NCBI GenBank assembly: GCA_964230025.1
Contig: CAXRFO010000018.1
Span: forward strand, 287,824-351,823
Length of the DNA: 64,000 nt
DNA from: Flavobacteriales bacterium
Lineage (GTDB): Bacteria; Bacteroidota; Bacteroidia; Flavobacteriales_D; JAUILH01
Reading direction: 5' to 3'
The position numbers and the translations under genes are program-made. Under the pieces are notes generated by a model that ran no database searches, was not told the origin of the DNA, and saw only the letters and a list, made by a program, of their open reading frames with translations. This document shows positions 59,921-64,000 of the stretch, piece by piece (the stretch's first letter is position 1; each line of letters begins with the position of its first letter).

Positions 59921-61059
59921 TGGGGAAAGAACATAACTACATCATAAAAACCTTCAAGGGCATGGAAGAATGCTTGGTGGAGGAAATGAAAGAAAAAAAC
60001 TTCAATGTTACTGAAACAGGCTATCGTGCAGTTCATTTCACTGGTGATTTAGCCGATTTGTATCGCGCAGTATATACTTTACAGACGGCCGTCCGAGTAA
60101 TGGTTCCCTTACACAATTTTAGGTTCAGAAACGAACATGATTTTTATAAGGCCGTTTATAAGATTCCATGGGAAAATATGTTCTCAAACAAAAAGAGCTT
60201 AGTTATAAATGGTACAGTTCATTCAAAGGTTTTCAGCCATTCGAATTATGGGGTGTTGAAATGCAAGGATGCCATCGTTGACCGTTTCAGAGATAAAACA
60301 GGAGATCGTCCAAATATCGCCAGGGTAGGAGCTAATGTTTATATAGACCTGAGGGTTGAAGAGAATGAAGCTTGGATTTCATTGGATGCCGGAGGTGAAG
60401 CTTTATTTAAAAGAGGTTATCGGCAAGAAATGGTAGATGCCCCGATGAATGAAGTTCTGGCTGCAGGTCTATTAAGAATGGCTGGCTATGACGGTTCACA
60501 ACATTTTTATGATCCTATGTGTGGCAGTGGTACACTTTTAACTGAAGCAGCATACATTGCCGCTCAGGCGCCTGTTCAATTAGAGAGAAAACACTTTGCT
60601 TTCACGCACTGGAAAAATTTTGACAAAGAATCCTGGGAAAAAATTCAGGAAGTCGAAAAATCTAAAATAAGACCTATACCCAATGATATTGGTGGATCTG
60701 ATATAAATATGCGGGCCATTGCTGCAAGCCGAAAAAACATTTCTAACCTTAGTTTTGATCATCAAATCAAGGTTTACAAAGTGGATATAAAGGACCTTAA
60801 ACCAAAGCACGATAGTGGGATATGTGTGATGAATCCTCCATATAATGAGCGCATGTACATGGATTCTTATACGTTTATTGGAGATACACTAAAACAAAAC
60901 TGGACCGGTTGGAATGCTTGGATAATTAGTTCAGAGTTAGATTTATTAAAAACAGTTGGACTAAAAACATCTAAAAGAATTCCTATTAAAAATGGTCAAT
61001 TAAATTGCTCTTTTAGAAATTATCAAATCTTTGATAGTAACTCAGATGAAGAAGAATAA
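59920..61059 (+). CDS. THUMP-domain RNA methyltransferase (RlmL/YpsC-like)
   Basis: KDAIVDRFR, LFKRGYR, APMNEVLAAG, DPMCGSGT, NPPY; GTG start overlaps the upstream stop. Confidence 0.9.
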   Translation: MGKEHNYIIKTFKGMEECLVEEMKEKNFNVTETGYRAVHFTGDLADLYRAVYTLQTAVRVMVPLHNFRFRNEHDFYKAVYKIPWENMFSNKKSLVINGTVHSKVFSHSNYGVLKCKDAIVDRFRDKTGDRPNIARVGANVYIDLRVEENEAWISLDAGGEALFKRGYRQEMVDAPMNEVLAAGLLRMAGYDGSQHFYDPMCGSGTLLTEAAYIAAQAPVQLERKHFAFTHWKNFDKESWEKIQEVEKSKIRPIPNDIGGSDINMRAIAASRKNISNLSFDHQIKVYKVDIKDLKPKHDSGICVMNPPYNERMYMDSYTFIGDTLKQNWTGWNAWIISSELDLLKTVGLKTSKRIPIKNGQLNCSFRNYQIFDSNSDEEE

Positions 61060-61060
61060 T

Positions 61061-62893
61061 ATGAAAACTTTCCTTTTAATCGCCCTTCTTGGATTCGCGC
61101 AGGTCATATTAGCAAATCGCTCAGCAGAAGAATATGCTGGCGATTCAACTATACAAGCCGAATTAATTAAACAAGACTCCCTTTTGCAGACACACATTGA
61201 GGAAGCAAAAGAGCTAGAGAAAAGCTTGGCCAATGTTTCTGAAAAGTTACAAACCAAATTCAAAGTTGGTAAATCTAAAATAGAATTAGAACTATACAAT
61301 AAGAATGATGATTTTTATAGCGATAGCTCACAAATTATTGAGTGGGGAAAGTTTCCAAAAGTAATATTCCTTCAAAACGGAAATGACATTATCATCGACC
61401 TTCCGCTGTCAGAAATGGAAATGGAAGAACTGCCGGCATACTCCGTAGTATATCTAAACAATGATTCCACAATTATACCGTATACAGGAATTATTAAACT
61501 TTCTAATCTACCAGTTAAAAAGGAGGTAAATATTGGTATCAAGCAGTTTAATCAAGAAGGTAAAGAAATTCCTTTTGGAAAAAGTGATAATCTTTCCGGT
61601 AGCTTCAAAGTAATGGAGTATGAGCCTTACTTCACAAATGACGCCGTTGTTTTCGGTATTCTTATGTTAATCTTAGCTGCCATATTTTATACCAGCGGTT
61701 TGGATGCCTTCCAGGGTTTTTACAAATATGTACCAGCGCTTCTTTTATGCTATTTTATACCAGCCATATTCAATTCACTCAACATCATTTCTAAAGATAT
61801 TTCTGGTGTATACAGTATTGCAAAACTTTATTTATTGCCGGCCAGTATTGTTCTACTGTGCATGAGTATCGATTTAAAGGCTATCTCTAGATTGGGTAAT
61901 AAGGCTCTGATTATGTTCTTCAGTTCTACCATCGGTATTATAATTGGTGGTCCGCTGGCTCTTTGGTTAGTGGGCAGTATGAATCCTGACCTATTCAACG
62001 TACAAGAGGGAGAAGAATTCTGGAGAGGATTTAGCACTGTCGCTGGTAGTTGGATTGGTGGAGGTGCGAATCAAACAGCTATGAAAGAAATTGCTGAAAC
62101 TTCTGACACCATGTTTGGAAACATGATTATTGTGGATGTTGTGGTAGCAAACCTATTTATGTCAGTCTTACTATTAGGTATTGGATATAGAGACAGAATC
62201 AACAAGTTCTTCAAAGCCGATAATTCATCAATACTTGCTCTCGAGAAAAAAATGGAAAACTTTCAATCCAGTATCGCTAAAATACCAACTTTAAGAGATA
62301 TTATGGTCTTACTAGGAGTTACGTTCACAATTGTAGGATTAGCGCATGTATGCTCAGATTATATCAGTCCACTTTTAACAGAATGGTATGATGCCAAAAT
62401 TGAAGCGAACCCAGACAGCTGGATAAAATACCTATCCAGTATAACAGGAGGCTTTTTCTGGTTGGTTATATTAGCAACCATAGGCGGGGTAGCGCTTTCC
62501 TTTACAAAATTCAAAAAATACGAGGGCGTTGGAGCAAGCAAATTTGGCTCACTTTTTCTATACATCTTAGTCGCTACCATTGGGATGAAAATGGATATTG
62601 CCGAAATGATTGCGAATTGGTCTGATTTCAGTGTGATTGTATCTGTTGGTTTATTATGGATGCTCTTCCATGTAATAATTCTATTCATTGTAGCTAAAAT
62701 AATCAAGGCCCCATTCTTTTTCCTTGCTGTAGGAAGTCAAGCTAATGTTGGTGGAGCTGCAAGTGCTCCTGTTGTTGCTGGTGCTTTTAATCCAGCCTTA
62801 GCTCCTGTAGGAGTTTTATTAGCAGTACTAGGCTATGTTGTTGGAACTGTTGGAGCGCTACTTTGTATGAGTATGATGGCAGGAATTGGATAA
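61061..62893 (+). CDS. DUF819 family membrane protein with N-terminal exported extension
   Basis: FYKYVPALLLCYFIP, GSWIGGGANQTAM, GSQANVGGAASAPVVA; signal peptide from ATG 61061. Confidence 0.88.
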   Translation: MKTFLLIALLGFAQVILANRSAEEYAGDSTIQAELIKQDSLLQTHIEEAKELEKSLANVSEKLQTKFKVGKSKIELELYNKNDDFYSDSSQIIEWGKFPKVIFLQNGNDIIIDLPLSEMEMEELPAYSVVYLNNDSTIIPYTGIIKLSNLPVKKEVNIGIKQFNQEGKEIPFGKSDNLSGSFKVMEYEPYFTNDAVVFGILMLILAAIFYTSGLDAFQGFYKYVPALLLCYFIPAIFNSLNIISKDISGVYSIAKLYLLPASIVLLCMSIDLKAISRLGNKALIMFFSSTIGIIIGGPLALWLVGSMNPDLFNVQEGEEFWRGFSTVAGSWIGGGANQTAMKEIAETSDTMFGNMIIVDVVVANLFMSVLLLGIGYRDRINKFFKADNSSILALEKKMENFQSSIAKIPTLRDIMVLLGVTFTIVGLAHVCSDYISPLLTEWYDAKIEANPDSWIKYLSSITGGFFWLVILATIGGVALSFTKFKKYEGVGASKFGSLFLYILVATIGMKMDIAEMIANWSDFSVIVSVGLLWMLFHVIILFIVAKIIKAPFFFLAVGSQANVGGAASAPVVAGAFNPALAPVGVLLAVLGYVVGTVGALLCMSMMAGIG

Positions 62894-64000
62894 TGAAGTT
62901 AGGTGTATTCATAGCATTATTAATTTGCATATCATTTTCAAATGCCCAATTGGTTCCTGACAAAAGCATTCATGATTTTCAGTTGATTTTTGAAGAGGAT
63001 TCGGTTGTAAGTCATGAATTCATGCTAAGAAATACGGGACAACATCCCGTTAGAATAACGGCTATTACACCAAGCTGTGGTTGCACAGTAGCAGAACTAT
63101 CTGAAACCTTATTAAAGCCAAGTCAAACAAGTATTTTAAAGGCTAGCTATGATCCCGCCGGCCGACCGGGAAACTTTATTAAGAGTATTCAAATTCAATA
63201 CTTATACAAAGACAGCTTGCTAGAAACCTTTATTGTATTGAAGGGTTTTACAAAAAACAAAGCGAAAGAATTTCAAGAGCACTTTGTTTTGGAGAGCCTT
63301 TTTGTACTACCCTATGATCAATATATAGCCTATCCCGATAATTGGGTTCTAGACCAGGCAAAACTTAATTTATTTGTAAATGATTTGAGTTACGTTATTG
63401 ATTATAAACAAGTAGCAAATGCTGAAATAAGAATATACACAAACGTAGATAAGTCAAAATTCACTGAGGAAATAACACGCTTGAAAAAGCAGCTTTACAA
63501 ACTTTTGGAAAACAGAAATTATCCAAGTTATAGACTGACATTTTCAGATGTTGCGTTTGTTGATAGTATCCTCCCAAACAGCGATATCGCATATCTTCAA
63601 ATTCGCATACCTGAATACTACAAAAAGGGAGTGAAGGAAACTTTGATTTATGAGAGCAATCCAAATCAAGTTGAAAGAACGGAAAAGAAAAACGCTCTGC
63701 CCATTATTGCTTACTGTCCTTTTGATAAAAAACATCCCGAACTTAAATCTCATCAAGAGGAGTTTATTAAACAAGTCAGGCGCTCAGCCTTAGGTCAAAA
63801 CCCAATAATTTTAGGAGGAATTCAATACGCTAATTCAAAAACAAAAGAAAAGAAGCTTCTTAAAGAAGTGAAGAAACTCAAAAAAGAAATTATCAAACAG
63901 GGAATAACAGAGGAAAAGTTTCTCAAGGATACAATTTTACGAATTGATGAGTCTGGAGAGGATATGATTTGTCAATTCGTACCCTATTTGTATGAAGATG
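62893..64000 (+). CDS. DUF1573-domain exported protein (runs off the window edge)
   Basis: Manual translation MKLGVFIALL...HEFMLRNTG..P..I....PSCGCT...GRPGNFIKSI; no stop found in the part translated by hand. Confidence 0.85.
   Translation, partial: MKLGVFIALLICISFSNAQLVPDKSIHDFQLIFEEDSVVSHEFMLRNTGQHPVRITAITPSCGCTVAELSETLLKPSQTSILKASYDPAGRPGNFIKSIQIQYLYKDSLLETFIVLKGFTKNKAKEFQEHFVLESLFVLPYDQYIAYPDNWVLDQAKLNLFVNDLSYVIDYKQVANAEIRIYTNVDKSKFTEEITRLKKQLYKLLENRNYPSYRLTFSDVAFVDSILPNSDIAYLQIRIPEYYKKGVKETLIYESNPNQVERTEKKNALPIIAYCPFDKKHPELKSHQEEFIKQVRRSALGQNPIILGGIQYANSKTKEKKLLKEVKKLKKEIIKQGITEEKFLKDTILRIDESGEDMICQFVPYLYED

Noticed and set aside
3922-63774. Numerous 60-125 aa antisense or alternate-frame ORFs in the track (e.g. 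25509-25850, 45245-45622, 62359-62706)
   Set aside because: They lie within well-supported genes, lack motifs and have the composition of shadow ORFs.

Overview
A gene-dense, AT-rich chromosomal segment from a Bacteroidota bacterium, most likely Flavobacteriales. Evidence for this: recurrent TAnnTTTG -7 promoter elements, AT-rich leaders without Shine-Dalgarno sites, T9SS type A and type B cargo proteins, TonB-dependent receptors, and DUF4249, DUF5723 and DUF1573-type proteins. Most of the window is housekeeping: split transketolase, ychF, prfC, ribD, trxB, panB, bcp, dnaN, pruA, an RlmL-type methylase and tRNA-Pro(GGG). Signalling, envelope and accessory genes are interspersed. I found no CRISPR array, IS, integrase, rRNA or recognisable prophage. 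The most interesting spots are: (i) an atypical ECF sigma factor, an 87-aa minimal anti-sigma-like ORF and a secreted TPR protein with a His-rich putative metal site (44.5-47.1 kb); (ii) a membrane protein/XRE regulator/small ferredoxin-like cassette preceded by abutting 20-bp palindromic operators that overlap its promoter (38.2-39.1 kb); (iii) a minimal, phage-like glucosaminidase next to a small internally repeated orphan (52 kb); (iv) unusual architectures: an exported double-VOC lipoprotein, a DUF819 protein with an extra periplasmic domain, a VWA gene between the transketolase halves, and a type B T9SS cargo with a small upstream partner and no adjacent PorP/SprF. All family assignments come from motif recognition by eye; no database search was run.
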